A DNA stretch of 64,000 nucleotides, taken from Chlamydiota bacterium. Lineage in GTDB: Bacteria > Auribacterota > JACPWU01. Location of the stretch: positions 77,325 through 141,324 of the forward strand of contig JACOUC010000035.1 of NCBI GenBank assembly GCA_016178055.1, written 5' to 3'. The notes under the pieces are model-generated. The model saw only the letters and a program-made list of their open reading frames with translations. It did no database searches and was not told the origin of the DNA. Shown here piece after piece: positions 9,339 to 19,993 of the stretch (positions are counted from its first letter, which is position 1; the number at the start of each line of letters is the position of its first letter). The position numbers and the translations under genes are program-made.

Positions 9339-10387
9339 ATGTCGTGAAAACGCTCATCGTTAGATACACCCTTCTTAACGATGCATGCTACGGCATCTGG
9401 CAAGATGAGCGTCAAATGAGAATTTGTATTTTTCTTATCTTTCCCCAAGGCATCCAGAAAAGGATTGAATGGAATATCTATATTCTCATACCCTTGATAA
9501 TTCATTTTTAAAATAGGGTGCACACGATCAAAATGTTCCTGCTTCATATTCCCCAACTGGACAGAGACAAAGTTGGCCATATCCATTCCCATGCTAACAG
9601 CAATTCCGTGTGGAATCGCGAAGTCTGTAGCTGATTCAATGGCATGGCCAAAGCTATGTCCATAATTCATAATGTTGCGAATTCCCTGATCAAATTCATC
9701 TACTTCAATGATGCGTTGCTTAATCTTTAAAGATTGATAGATGTTTTTTTCCAAAAGGGCACGATCCTTTAAAAGAAAAGGATAATCCGCTGCAATTTGA
9801 TCAAAGGTGCGGGGACCCTCAATCAGAGAAACCTTAAGCATCTCGCCAATTCCAGATCGTAAATCGCGTTCATCCAGAGAATCAAGGAATCGAAGGCTCA
9901 CCACAATCTTACGCGGAGGGGTAAAAGTCCCAACAATGTTTTTAATCTTACCGACATTAATAGAGCTCTTAGATCCAATGCAGGAATCAGCCTGAGCCAA
10001 AAGTGTTGTAGGGAAAAAATACCAATCGAGGCCCCGCAAGAGAACGGCTGCGAGAAAGCATGTGATATCTTGGATAATACCCCCACCTATGGCAATCAAC
10101 AAATGTCCGCGCCGAATGTTTTGTCTCACAAGATGTTCAATATAATCACAAAATTGATCCAGTGATTTATTCATCTCCGTTGCGGGTATGAGCAGGATCG
10201 AAGGGGATTTTAAAATATGATTTAATTCTTGCGCATACAGACTCGCAACCTTTTCATCCACGATAAAGTGTGTGGAACTTGAAATGAGATCGTTTAAAAA
10301 TGAAAAGGGATCGTCTTTGAAATGAACCGTATAAGGCCCTCGATGAGACTGGATGGTGATGGGCTCAAACACGTGTAAATCCACCAT
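9305..10387 (-). CDS. 3-dehydroquinate synthase family sugar-phosphate cyclase (DHQS-like).
   Basis: IAIGGGIIQDITCFLAAVLLRGLDWYFFPTTLLAQADSCIGSKSSINVGKIKNIVGTFTPP matches the DHQS glycine/Lys-rich core. A metal-binding HxxxH-type region (NYGHSFGHAIES) is present. Confidence 0.8.
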   Translation of the reverse strand: MVDLHVFEPITIQSHRGPYTVHFKDDPFSFLNDLISSSTHFIVDEKVASLYAQELNHILKSPSILLIPATEMNKSLDQFCDYIEHLVRQNIRRGHLLIAIGGGIIQDITCFLAAVLLRGLDWYFFPTTLLAQADSCIGSKSSINVGKIKNIVGTFTPPRKIVVSLRFLDSLDERDLRSGIGEMLKVSLIEGPRTFDQIAADYPFLLKDRALLEKNIYQSLKIKQRIIEVDEFDQGIRNIMNYGHSFGHAIESATDFAIPHGIAVSMGMDMANFVSVQLGNMKQEHFDRVHPILKMNYQGYENIDIPFNPFLDALGKDKKNTNSHLTLILPDAVACIVKKGVSNDERFHDICSEYFHRVRQ

Positions 10388-11084
10388 CGATCACAATATT
10401 TTGACCACTGATGTAGGTATTTTCACGACTCACCAACCAGGCGACAAGTTTCGCAACCTCTTCTGGTTTTCCCAATCGTTTCATCGGAACTCGGGATACG
10501 ATGTCCCTCATCTCACCCTCATCTAAAACTGAGCGCGTAAGCTCTGTATCAATAAAGCCAGGCGAGACGCAATTGGCAAGGATTCCTTCCTGAGCTACCT
10601 CAGCCGCAAGGGCCGCCGTCATCCCATCCAGGGCAAACTTGCTGGCAGAATAAGACGCTCGAAACTCCTTGCTGACAATTCCAAAAATAGAGCTCATATT
10701 GACAATACGACCCCACTTTTTCTTTCGCATGTAAGGAATAACTGCACGGCATAAAAGAAACGGGGCATGTAAATTGACTGACTGAATCTGATTAAAGTCT
10801 GTCCTGTCAATCTTTTCAAAAGAGCTGATTCGATTCATTCCTGCATTGTTGACTAAAATATCGATCGTGAGTTTTGAAATTTCTTTTTCAAAATTTTGAA
10901 ATGAAATATCGTCAGAAAAATCAACGGCGCGATAGGTACATCCTGACGGAACATCCACATTTAATTTTCTCCCTGTGAAGAAAACGCTTACCCCGGCTGA
11001 ACATAATTCATCTACAATGGCTCGCCCAATACCACGTGTCCCCCCTGTAACAAGGGCCGTCAAACCTTGGAGAGAATTTTGCAC
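10365..11084 (-). CDS. SDR family oxidoreductase (FabG-like).
   Basis: TALVTGGTRGIGRAI, NNAGM and YSASK motifs. Confidence 0.85.
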   Translation of the reverse strand: MQNSLQGLTALVTGGTRGIGRAIVDELCSAGVSVFFTGRKLNVDVPSGCTYRAVDFSDDISFQNFEKEISKLTIDILVNNAGMNRISSFEKIDRTDFNQIQSVNLHAPFLLCRAVIPYMRKKKWGRIVNMSSIFGIVSKEFRASYSASKFALDGMTAALAAEVAQEGILANCVSPGFIDTELTRSVLDEGEMRDIVSRVPMKRLGKPEEVAKLVAWLVSRENTYISGQNIVIDGGFTRV

Positions 11085-12133
11085 ACGAACTCCTCTGAAA
11101 TGGTATCACTCAATTGATAACGCTCCTTCCATTTAGAATCTGCACAATAAATTCGATAGACCAAATGCATGGTTTTTAAAGCTTCGAGCGACGATCCGTG
11201 AATGATCGGTTTATCGTAAAGAATGGCATCTGCAAATTCGAAAATTTCATTTTTCCAGGAATGATCTTGATTGTAGCGCGTCGTCTGTTCACGAGGATCT
11301 CCACCATCGTTCTCAGTCGCATAGACCACCGTCATTGTCTCCGCACCGTAACTCTTAGAACCTGACAAAAGACCTGACAAAATAATCGCACCCTGCGAAA
11401 GCGTGATTTCCAGACTAAAGCGATGACGCCACTGGGTTGCTGATGAATGAAGAAAAGCAACAATACCATCTTCAGTCCGCATCAAGGCATAGGCATTATC
11501 CTCTACATCATGCTTCCAATGGTCATTCGATACAAAACTATAAACATCCTTAAACTCACCTGCAAAAAGGCGCATCATATCAACCATATGAATCCCCTGG
11601 TCTAGTAAAATTCCCCCTCCAGCCATGGAACGCTTGGTACGCCAATCTGAGTCGAAGCGGATAATCTTAGACTTCCCATAAACCCCCCTCATGTTCATCA
11701 CCTTACCCAATTCGCCAGACCGAACAATACCTAAGGCATCATGGACAGAATCGTGATAACGATGATTGAATCCATACTTTAATTTACATTGGGGATGCTG
11801 ACGTTCACACTGGATCACACGAACAACATCATTTAAATCTCGACCCGGTGGCTTCTCGCAAAAGACATGAAGCCCTCTTTCCAATCCTGCCATCGTGACC
11901 TCTGGTGCAACATCATTGGTCATACAAACAAAAAGGGCATCCAAATCCTCCCCCACTAATTGATGATAATTGTTAAAACAACGCACGCCATCTTGAGAAA
12001 CTCCATCCCCGCTGAAAGTCCGATCACAAACAGCTACCGTTTCTAAATGGGGGTGTTGATCAATAAATTCCCTACGGCGCTTCCCTACAACGCCATAGCC
12101 TGCAATTCCAACTTTGAGCTTTCCTTGCTTCAT
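11060..12133 (-). CDS. Gfo/Idh/MocA family sugar oxidoreductase.
   Basis: KVGIAGYGVVGKRR Rossmann motif and the EKPPG motif. Confidence 0.85.
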   Translation of the reverse strand: MKQGKLKVGIAGYGVVGKRRREFIDQHPHLETVAVCDRTFSGDGVSQDGVRCFNNYHQLVGEDLDALFVCMTNDVAPEVTMAGLERGLHVFCEKPPGRDLNDVVRVIQCERQHPQCKLKYGFNHRYHDSVHDALGIVRSGELGKVMNMRGVYGKSKIIRFDSDWRTKRSMAGGGILLDQGIHMVDMMRLFAGEFKDVYSFVSNDHWKHDVEDNAYALMRTEDGIVAFLHSSATQWRHRFSLEITLSQGAIILSGLLSGSKSYGAETMTVVYATENDGGDPREQTTRYNQDHSWKNEIFEFADAILYDKPIIHGSSLEALKTMHLVYRIYCADSKWKERYQLSDTISEEFVCKILSKV

Positions 12134-12912
12134 AAAACAGCGGATCCTAGATATCGAGGGAGAAGCAGGTCCTCGGATATGAGTTTTTCAACACGGGCAA
12201 GATCTTCAGGCGTATCGACTCCGATAGAAACACCCTCTACAAGAACCATCCTTACAGAATCTCCATATTCGAGGACACGCAACATATCCACCGACTCGAT
12301 CATTTCTAAAGGAGAAGGAGAAAGTGACACATATTTTGCAAGGTAGCTACGACGAAAGGCAATGAGTCCAAGCTGTTTAAACATCGGAATAGATCGATTC
12401 CATTTTTTTCTGGAAGGGATCCGTTCACGGGAAAAATAAAGAGCATTTTGATTTAAGCCCACAACCAACTTCACTACATTGGGGCTACTGAAATCCTCTT
12501 CATTGGTAATGGCCGCCATTAAATTGACAACATTCAGTGTTGACTCCTCCTTGAGAGGAGTCATAGCCCGTTCCAGCAACTCAGGCTGCAATAACGGCTC
12601 ATCCCCTTGAATCATCATGACCCTATCAATCGACTGTCCAGAAAGGGCTTCAATTTTTTCAACAGCTTCCGCCGTTCGTTCGCTTGCACGTTCGTGCTTG
12701 TAAGAGGTCATGACACAAGGAGCCCCAATCGATACTGCATAATCCTGAATCGCCTTATCACAGGTCGCAATAAAAACCCCTTCTAAAAGCGAGCAGAGCT
12801 TGCTTCGAAAATAAACATGACCAATCATAGGAAGGCCTAGAATTTTTGCTAGGGGTTTTCCAGGAAAGCGTGTGGAAGCCATGCGGGCAGGAATAACACC
12901 GATGATTTTCAT
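12130..12912 (-). CDS. CMP-3-deoxy-2-ulosonate cytidylyltransferase (KdsB/NeuA family), second copy.
   Basis: MKIIGVIPARMASTRFPGKPLAKILGLPMI and MMIQGDEPL motifs. Confidence 0.85.
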   Translation of the reverse strand: MKIIGVIPARMASTRFPGKPLAKILGLPMIGHVYFRSKLCSLLEGVFIATCDKAIQDYAVSIGAPCVMTSYKHERASERTAEAVEKIEALSGQSIDRVMMIQGDEPLLQPELLERAMTPLKEESTLNVVNLMAAITNEEDFSSPNVVKLVVGLNQNALYFSRERIPSRKKWNRSIPMFKQLGLIAFRRSYLAKYVSLSPSPLEMIESVDMLRVLEYGDSVRMVLVEGVSIGVDTPEDLARVEKLISEDLLLPRYLGSAVL

Positions 12913-12954
12913 GATCAGAAAATTCCTAAAGAATTGAAACCCATTCGCGCATTT

Positions 12955-13830
12955 TTACATGCGTGTAAAAATAATATTTGACATTGATTCTCGTATTAAA
13001 TGCCTTGATTTAATTCCAAAACCAGCCCCTTCAAGAAATTGCACAAGTCTCTGTCCCTTTGACAAACCCTCGTTTATCTCAACCAACAAGCTTTTAACTT
13101 CTGGGTTCGAAAGGGTCTCCTTACCGCCTTCTAAGATTTCTAATTCATGACCGTCCACATCCAATTTAATATAATTGGGAATTGGAAGCAAAAACTCTTG
13201 AATAAGATCGTCCAACCTAAATCCCATCAATTTCTGATGCCAAAAAGGGATAAATGGTTTTCCATTTTCATCAACACATTCCCCCAAGCTGTGCAAAGCC
13301 CCCCCTGGCTCAATCCCTTCTAGAGAACTATAATTAAATGCCTCTAATCTTGTCTTATTTGAGAGGGCAATTTGCAAGGGCGTAATGCTATCTGAACACT
13401 GATTAAGATAAATATTCTTGCAGAGCTGAGAGAAGGATGAAAACCCTGGCTCAAACGAAAAAATCTTTCCATCCCCCCCCATTGACTTCGCTGCAATCAG
13501 TGAATACACACCCACATTAGCTCCAATGTCGTAAAAGACCTCTCTTCCTCCTATAAATGTTTCTATCCAATGTACTGTCTCTGGCTCTTTTTTACATGAG
13601 TGTAATCGAGTAAAAAATTCATAACCAGATTCAATATCAAGATATATATCCCGTCGGGGGTAATCCATCTTCTGAACAATTTTAAATTTCCCCTTTATCG
13701 AAACAGCCGTCCTTGGACTCACCTGACACAGCATCCGAGTCATCCAAGCCCCGGTGTTTTCCACAACCTTTCTATAATGAAAGACGAACTTTTTAAAAAT
13801 GTTTTTTACGAATTTCCTAAGAAAAGTCAT
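12955..13830 (-). CDS. FkbM family methyltransferase.
   Basis: FYDIGANVGVYSL...FSFEP, the typical FkbM SAM-binding region. Confidence 0.8.
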   Translation of the reverse strand: MTFLRKFVKNIFKKFVFHYRKVVENTGAWMTRMLCQVSPRTAVSIKGKFKIVQKMDYPRRDIYLDIESGYEFFTRLHSCKKEPETVHWIETFIGGREVFYDIGANVGVYSLIAAKSMGGDGKIFSFEPGFSSFSQLCKNIYLNQCSDSITPLQIALSNKTRLEAFNYSSLEGIEPGGALHSLGECVDENGKPFIPFWHQKLMGFRLDDLIQEFLLPIPNYIKLDVDGHELEILEGGKETLSNPEVKSLLVEINEGLSKGQRLVQFLEGAGFGIKSRHLIRESMSNIIFTRM

Positions 13831-13837
13831 GCGATTT

Positions 13838-14632
13838 TTAGGTTATTTTCTTCTTCATAAACGCAAGTCCACTCCGACATGTCACATCCAACATTCGAAT
13901 ATCCAAACTATAGGCAAGAAAATGAAAGCCTTCTTTGACACGCCTCTTAAGCTCTTTGGGGTCGGGTTCAATGATATGAATACCTCCCGGTTTTTTCATC
14001 TTGGCAGCTACTTGTTTTATTCTTCTAAGAGCCCTTAATACCTTTGGATGAGTAAACTGTCCTGGAACCCCAAGCGAACCGGAAAGATCATAAGGTCCAA
14101 TCATGTAACCGTTAACCCCAGGAACAGAAAAAATCTCTTCAAGATTTTCAACTGCATCAATATGTTCAATTTGGACAATAACAATTGCCTCATTTTGCAA
14201 CCACTTTAAATAGTCCTGAAAGCGTGTACCATAGCCCTGTGCACGGGCAAGTCCTACCCCACGTCGCCCCCTAACTGGATAATGTACCGCGCAGACAGCA
14301 GCTTCAGCTTGTTCTCTAGAATTGACCATCGGTACAATGACGCCGTGCGCCCCAGCATCCATCACACGCTTAATTTGGTTCGGATCATTCGAAGTCAATC
14401 GAACCAAAGGCGTCACACCGCAAAGACCTATCACACGAATCAATTCCTCTGCCTCTCGAATGGTAATCACACTGTGCTCTAAATCCACGGCAAGCCAATC
14501 AAACCCTGCTTTTGCCATAATCTCAGCAATTCCAGTATGAGCAAGGGTGATCCAAGAGCCAATAGTAAGCTGGTTTGAAAACAATTTCTGTTTTAAGGAT
14601 TTTTTTTTGGAACCTATTTTTGTTTTACTCAT
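13838..14632 (-). CDS. HpcH/HpaI-family class II pyruvate aldolase, second copy.
   Basis: IGSWITLAHTGIAEIMAKAGFDWLAVDLEHS...VRL...GAHGVIVPMV motifs. Confidence 0.8.
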   Translation of the reverse strand: MSKTKIGSKKKSLKQKLFSNQLTIGSWITLAHTGIAEIMAKAGFDWLAVDLEHSVITIREAEELIRVIGLCGVTPLVRLTSNDPNQIKRVMDAGAHGVIVPMVNSREQAEAAVCAVHYPVRGRRGVGLARAQGYGTRFQDYLKWLQNEAIVIVQIEHIDAVENLEEIFSVPGVNGYMIGPYDLSGSLGVPGQFTHPKVLRALRRIKQVAAKMKKPGGIHIIEPDPKELKRRVKEGFHFLAYSLDIRMLDVTCRSGLAFMKKKIT

Positions 14633-14639
14633 TTTCTCC

Positions 14640-16529
14640 CTACATCAATTCAACAAGTTCATTTACGGCCCGCTCTGCGGAGCGCCTATCATCTTTATAA
14701 GAACCATATGCGTTAAAAAATTCTCTATCGAGAGGCCGCGGAAGCGCAACCTCAGATTTTCGCAATGCAACTTCTATATCTTTTAGAAATTGTTCCTTAG
14801 TTTCAGAAAAAACAACACGTTTTTTTAATTGTTTAACCGCCTTGGGATCAAATTGAATAAAAGGATTTCCCGAAAAGACAATCACTTTTTTATCCGTCAA
14901 AAGAGATTGCAAAAGGGTTGTGCTTGGACAGTCGATAATAAATAAGTCCCCTAATTTCAACATTTCTGAAAAGCTAATCGAACGAATGATCACACAATTT
15001 GATATCTTTTCTCTTCGAAGCCACTCGTCAACAGGATGATAGACGCGATCTCCTGAATGAAATTTAGCTAGAACGTAAACATCTTGGAATTTGCTACAAA
15101 CACGTATAACTTCTTGTTGCAAACGCCAGTACCAAATATCAGGGTAAGAATGATGTGTAAAATATCGCGTCTGCCCCATAAGATTTGTATTGACATAAAT
15201 GACAATTTTTTTGTTTTTTGGCAAGTTTGAAGCGATCTCGCTAAGAACTTTTGAATTTAAATCGGCTTCATTCTTACTTAAAACATCCAGAGAAATCGAA
15301 CCCACAGGGATAATCTTCGCTCTTCTTTTTTCGCTCGCTCGATATGCTGAGGGAGTAGCCTCTCTCAAAGAATCACGGACACCTTCTCCATAGCAGAAAA
15401 AGTAGTTCGCTGCATACAAATCATGATGTTCAATAATAGGGTAGTCCACATATCCATACATTCCTCCGTGCTGATAGCAAACCACAGGGATTTTCAAAAA
15501 ATGCCCGGCGATAGCGCATGCGATTTGTCCCACTTCAGCATATTGACTGCCCAAAATAACAGCTTTGCTTCCATGAGGAATCTTTTTAGAAATCGTATCG
15601 GTCATTGTAAGACATCGAGGTATAACAAAGGTAATAAAGTGTTTAAGACGTGTCTCAACAATCGAAAAGTAATTCTTGTTTCCCACTGTGAAAAAAGACT
15701 TGAAATTTTCATCCTTTGATAACCTCTCCCAAAGAAGATGGCAAAGTTGTAGCGTGTCCCTCTGAGGTAAATCTCCTCTAACTCCGCTCAAGAGATCTTT
15801 TAAATTTATCACCTTTCCTGTCCCCCGCTTTAACCATAATTCTCCAAGGGGCTTACTATCTGCATAGAGATCTGTCAGAATGAGAGATGGCATTCCATTG
15901 AATGAAAAATTCATATCTGATGAGATATTTTCCCATCGTCTTGACAAGCTGGCCAAACCTTTTAACCCCGTGCGAAAAGTCGAACGCAAGCGCCGAAACG
16001 GTGCAAGAGCTGTTGAAAACGCAGTATAAGTGCAGTTTAGGTCCTTTAAAAAAAGAGGTAACAAACGCGATGAAAGAGATTCGTCACGGAAAAATAAATT
16101 ATCTTCGATCCGGTCGGGACGTGTATCAAAAAAAAGAACTCGTGTAGGTTTTAATTCTAACAATGCCCGACAAATTCTAAGTTCGTAATTCAAAACAGCA
16201 TCGAAGAGAACCTTAAGATAAAAAAAGAAAAAATGTGAAGAAAATGCCTTTCCACATCGATAATCGGAAAGGATTGAACGCTTCAAGGAGCTATCCAAAT
16301 AATCACAAAACGCCTGCACACGTTCATAGTTACGTAAACCCATTTCAATAAGTTCTGTCTCATCATGAAAGTCATCAATGATGTGATATGCTAAACCAAG
16401 CTTTTCAGCAGCATAATCCGCCTCTGGGGTTAAAGCTACGTATGTTGGCTTTAAATAATTTTGAGCACTATACCGTAGGAGAAACTTCAACTGATCCTGC
16501 GTCTCAAAAAATGCAACGATAGCCGACAT
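14640..16529 (-). CDS. Large hypothetical protein, putative glycosyltransferase-like (GT-B-like, HP motif).
   Basis: 629-aa ORF in operon context. Its C-terminal half resembles a nucleotide-sugar transferase fold (VYHPVDEW). No firm family assignment. Confidence 0.55.
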   Translation of the reverse strand: MSAIVAFFETQDQLKFLLRYSAQNYLKPTYVALTPEADYAAEKLGLAYHIIDDFHDETELIEMGLRNYERVQAFCDYLDSSLKRSILSDYRCGKAFSSHFFFFYLKVLFDAVLNYELRICRALLELKPTRVLFFDTRPDRIEDNLFFRDESLSSRLLPLFLKDLNCTYTAFSTALAPFRRLRSTFRTGLKGLASLSRRWENISSDMNFSFNGMPSLILTDLYADSKPLGELWLKRGTGKVINLKDLLSGVRGDLPQRDTLQLCHLLWERLSKDENFKSFFTVGNKNYFSIVETRLKHFITFVIPRCLTMTDTISKKIPHGSKAVILGSQYAEVGQIACAIAGHFLKIPVVCYQHGGMYGYVDYPIIEHHDLYAANYFFCYGEGVRDSLREATPSAYRASEKRRAKIIPVGSISLDVLSKNEADLNSKVLSEIASNLPKNKKIVIYVNTNLMGQTRYFTHHSYPDIWYWRLQQEVIRVCSKFQDVYVLAKFHSGDRVYHPVDEWLRREKISNCVIIRSISFSEMLKLGDLFIIDCPSTTLLQSLLTDKKVIVFSGNPFIQFDPKAVKQLKKRVVFSETKEQFLKDIEVALRKSEVALPRPLDREFFNAYGSYKDDRRSAERAVNELVELM

Positions 16530-17390
16530 TTACCAACAGGTCCTTCCACCATCTATCGTAAGAAGAGATCCCGTCATATAGCTCGACGCATCTGAAACGA
16601 GAAAGACAATGGCTGCCTTATATTCATCTTGGCTCGCCATGTGACCTAACGGAATAAGCTCAGAAAGACGCTTCACGAATCCCTCATCTTGTTGATCATA
16701 AACCCCACCGGGGCATAAGGCATTCACGCACACACCTCGATCGGCCCAATAGGTCGCCAAATAACGGGTTAACCCGAGAAGTCCTGATTTGACCACAGAG
16801 TAACTCACAGGCTTCACGGGTTGTTCATTTTCAGGGGAGCCGGGCCGACGATAAATTCTTTGATCAGGACCAATCAAAGCAAGATCAGAAGCAATGTTAA
16901 GAATAACGCCCTTACCTCTTCTTGCCATTTCAGTTCCAATGATCCGGCTACATAGAAATGCACCTGTAAGCCCTACCGCTATGTCTTGATTCCAAATCTC
17001 TAGTGGAAAATTTTCTAACCTAGACCCCTGAAATTTAGAATGATCTTTGGACTCAACTTTTGGATTATTTGCGGCATTATTAACCAAAATATCAATTCGT
17101 TTAAATGTACTTATAATTTTTTTGAGCGCACTGGAAATCTGCATTTCTTGAGAAATATCGACGGCTAAACCCATTGCTGGGACATGGTATTTTTTTTCTA
17201 ATTCTTTTGCGCAAGCTTTTGTCTTCTCTAGATCCAAATCGAAAAGAACAGGCACCCCACCCATTTCTGCGATGGCCTCGGCATGTTTAAACCCAAGCAA
17301 ACCCGTGCCGCCCGTAATCACAGCAACACGACTTGTTAAATCAAAAGCCTGTTTCACAGATTTCATTTCAAATAACCCGCGTTTGTCCAC
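16530..17390 (-). CDS. SDR family oxidoreductase.
   Basis: VAVITGGTGLLG and the YSVVKSGL YxxxK motif. Confidence 0.8.
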   Translation of the reverse strand: MDKRGLFEMKSVKQAFDLTSRVAVITGGTGLLGFKHAEAIAEMGGVPVLFDLDLEKTKACAKELEKKYHVPAMGLAVDISQEMQISSALKKIISTFKRIDILVNNAANNPKVESKDHSKFQGSRLENFPLEIWNQDIAVGLTGAFLCSRIIGTEMARRGKGVILNIASDLALIGPDQRIYRRPGSPENEQPVKPVSYSVVKSGLLGLTRYLATYWADRGVCVNALCPGGVYDQQDEGFVKRLSELIPLGHMASQDEYKAAIVFLVSDASSYMTGSLLTIDGGRTCW

Positions 17391-18141
17391 CGTCTACAAC
17401 CAGACAAGCCCCTGTTATAAAGGAAGCTCTTTCAGATGCCAGAAATGTAACTGCATCGGCAATTTCTTCGGCTCTACCGAAACGTTGCAAGGGAACTTCT
17501 GTGTTGATATATTGCTCAAAAAAATCTTTTCGTTCGGCGAGCTTGGCCTCCCAAGTCCCACCCGGAAACAGGATATTTCCAGGAGAAACGGCATTCACAC
17601 GCACTCCCTGAGAGCCTACCATGCGAGATAAATTTTTCATTGCACTGTGAAGGGCCGCCTTTGCTGCACTGTAGGGAATAGGGGCAGGAATAGCTTCATT
17701 TCCAGCAATAGAGCTGATGAAAATTAAATTACCACGGCTTTGAATTAAATGGGGAAGGGCAGATTTTGCAAACGCCATTCCCCCTAACAAATTTACATTC
17801 AACATCTGTTGCCACTCGTCCCTAGATAAATCCCAACCACTTTTACCTACGCCGCTTCCTATATTTGCAATAGCAATATCAATTCTTCCAAATTTTTCAC
17901 ACGTATTTTGAAGAACACGATGAATCTCTGCCTCGAGGGTCATATCTGCACAAAAGGAAGCAACACGATGAGAACGTCCCTTTTTCACGAGGAACGACTC
18001 CGCATTTTTTACATTTTTTTCATCGCGGCCAGTCAGAATGACTTGAGCTTCTTCTTCTAAAAATGCCTCTGCAATAGCAAGCCCAATTCCGCGGCTGGAC
18101 CCTGCAATCAATACAACTTTATTTTTTAATCCAAGATCCAT
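17368..18141 (-). CDS. SDR family oxidoreductase.
   Basis: VLIAGSSRGIGLAIA, NIGSG and YSAAKAAL motifs. Confidence 0.85.
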   Translation of the reverse strand: MDLGLKNKVVLIAGSSRGIGLAIAEAFLEEEAQVILTGRDEKNVKNAESFLVKKGRSHRVASFCADMTLEAEIHRVLQNTCEKFGRIDIAIANIGSGVGKSGWDLSRDEWQQMLNVNLLGGMAFAKSALPHLIQSRGNLIFISSIAGNEAIPAPIPYSAAKAALHSAMKNLSRMVGSQGVRVNAVSPGNILFPGGTWEAKLAERKDFFEQYINTEVPLQRFGRAEEIADAVTFLASERASFITGACLVVDGGQTRVI

Positions 18142-18983
18142 TAGGTTCTAGACATCACAAAGCCAAGATGCCTTTCTACAAATTGGCGATTCTGTTTCGC
18201 TAACTCCATCTCGCCTACCTCGAGATTGCGCGCTGCTTGCAAGATAAACGGCCCTTGGAATCCGGCTCCCTGAATCAACCGAAAGCAGGTTGGAAAATCA
18301 GCATGGCCACTTCCTAAGAGTACCGTTCCTCCCCCCAAAAGGCGGTCTTTGACATGAACACTTCCCAGCCAAGAACCTAAGAGTGAAAGTTCTTCTGAGG
18401 GGTCATGTCCTAAAGAGGCCGCGTTTCCAATATCATAATTCATTTTGATCCATTGGAAAGAAACGCGCTCAAGAAGCTTCAACAAGGTTTGGGGAGATAA
18501 ATCTGTCTCCAGATGTAGCTCTACTTTTTTTTCTTTTAAAAGAGGAAGAAGCCCCTTTAAAATAATGACTAAACTCTCTAAGGCCTCAGGAGATTTAAGG
18601 GAAGAGGCATCCACAAAAGGTAAAACCATATAGCGGACTTGTAAGGCATTGGCTCGACTGATTAATCCTTTTAAATGTTCAACAACTTTAGGCTGACTCC
18701 TTCCATCGGATAAAATTAAATGCTGTGTCATGTAGTGATCAGCACAGATAGACCAAACTTGAACTCCAGACTTCTGAATTAACTTTTTAATTTCATGAAT
18801 ACCTTCTGGAGTCCTTAAAGGATTTTCACTTTCCGTCTCATATTCATAAATCCATTCGATACAAGCGAGACCCGCTTCTTGAGCCTTAAAAAATTCATTA
18901 CGCCAAGTATGGACGGGAAAAGACTGAATACGCCCATCACGAGGGGGAGAAAGTCGACCTTGCATAATTCCAATCGGATTCAT
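18141..18983 (-). CDS. Sugar phosphate isomerase/epimerase (xylose-isomerase-like TIM barrel).
   Basis: EWIYEYE...HLETD...NYDIGN pattern of the AP-endonuclease-2/xylose-isomerase TIM-barrel family. Confidence 0.7.
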   Translation of the reverse strand: MNPIGIMQGRLSPPRDGRIQSFPVHTWRNEFFKAQEAGLACIEWIYEYETESENPLRTPEGIHEIKKLIQKSGVQVWSICADHYMTQHLILSDGRSQPKVVEHLKGLISRANALQVRYMVLPFVDASSLKSPEALESLVIILKGLLPLLKEKKVELHLETDLSPQTLLKLLERVSFQWIKMNYDIGNAASLGHDPSEELSLLGSWLGSVHVKDRLLGGGTVLLGSGHADFPTCFRLIQGAGFQGPFILQAARNLEVGEMELAKQNRQFVERHLGFVMSRT

Positions 18984-19993
18984 TATTTCTGCTTAAATGC
19001 GTAAGGGGATGGAGCATTTGAAACTTTTTCTCCCCTTTGGGCATCCCATTTTTTGATTTGACCAACAATATCTACACCTACATTCTCACTCCACGCATTC
19101 AAAAGTTTCTTTGTCATATTCCCCATTTTCCCATCTCCAATTTTTGTACCATTTAAAGATGTCACGGGAAGAAGGCAAAAAGGAGTTCCTGTCATGAAAG
19201 CTTCGTCTGCCGTCATCACATCATAAGGCTCAATATTTTTTTCAACGGACTTTAACCCTAATTGACAAGCCAGTTCAGAGAGAACATAAGCTCGACTAAT
19301 CCCTCTTAAAATATTGCGTCCCTCCGGGGTTACAAGAACCCCATCCTTTACGATAAAAAAGTTATCCCCTGTCCCCTCTGCGATAAAACCATCTGGATCT
19401 AAAAGTAAAGCCCAATTGTTTTCACCTTCACATTGAGAAACTTCAATATTGGCCATCATATAATGAAGCCGACTTCTATTCTTAACCTTGGGTTCCAAGA
19501 GAGAAGCCGGAATGGCCCGCTGAGAAGGAATAACTGCATTGATTCCCTTATCAAAAAGAACCCCCATCCCAGCAACCGTCCAACGAAGTGGAAAATCTGC
19601 AATGATCACATTTGCACCCCGAGGAAGGCCTACGATACCTTCATAAATAGAAAGAGTACCTCGAGAAACATCAATCAACAAACGATGTTCATCGTCGTGG
19701 GAGAAAACAGATTCATTCGCTTCGATGGTCTTATAAATAGCCTTTTCCATATCATCCAAAGACATCTTCAAAGGAATTCGGACAAATTTGATGGAGGCGT
19801 ATAATCTTTCTAAATGTTCTCGAAGCTTGAATTGTTTCTTATTAAAGGACCGAGTCATTTCAAAAACCATGTCCCCGAACATTAAAGCCGAATCATAGAT
19901 AGAAAGTTTCGCCTCAGCTTCAGGAACAAACTCACCATTCAAATAAACCACCCTTCCTTTGCCATTGTTCATGGATTCATCCCCTCTCGACAC
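18983..19993 (-). CDS. Class IV (BCAT/D-amino-acid) PLP-dependent aminotransferase.
   Basis: Fold-type IV features: EGTGDNFFIVKDGVLVTP, RGISRAYVLSEL and TGTPFCLLPVTSLNG. Confidence 0.8.
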   Translation of the reverse strand: MSRGDESMNNGKGRVVYLNGEFVPEAEAKLSIYDSALMFGDMVFEMTRSFNKKQFKLREHLERLYASIKFVRIPLKMSLDDMEKAIYKTIEANESVFSHDDEHRLLIDVSRGTLSIYEGIVGLPRGANVIIADFPLRWTVAGMGVLFDKGINAVIPSQRAIPASLLEPKVKNRSRLHYMMANIEVSQCEGENNWALLLDPDGFIAEGTGDNFFIVKDGVLVTPEGRNILRGISRAYVLSELACQLGLKSVEKNIEPYDVMTADEAFMTGTPFCLLPVTSLNGTKIGDGKMGNMTKKLLNAWSENVGVDIVGQIKKWDAQRGEKVSNAPSPYAFKQK

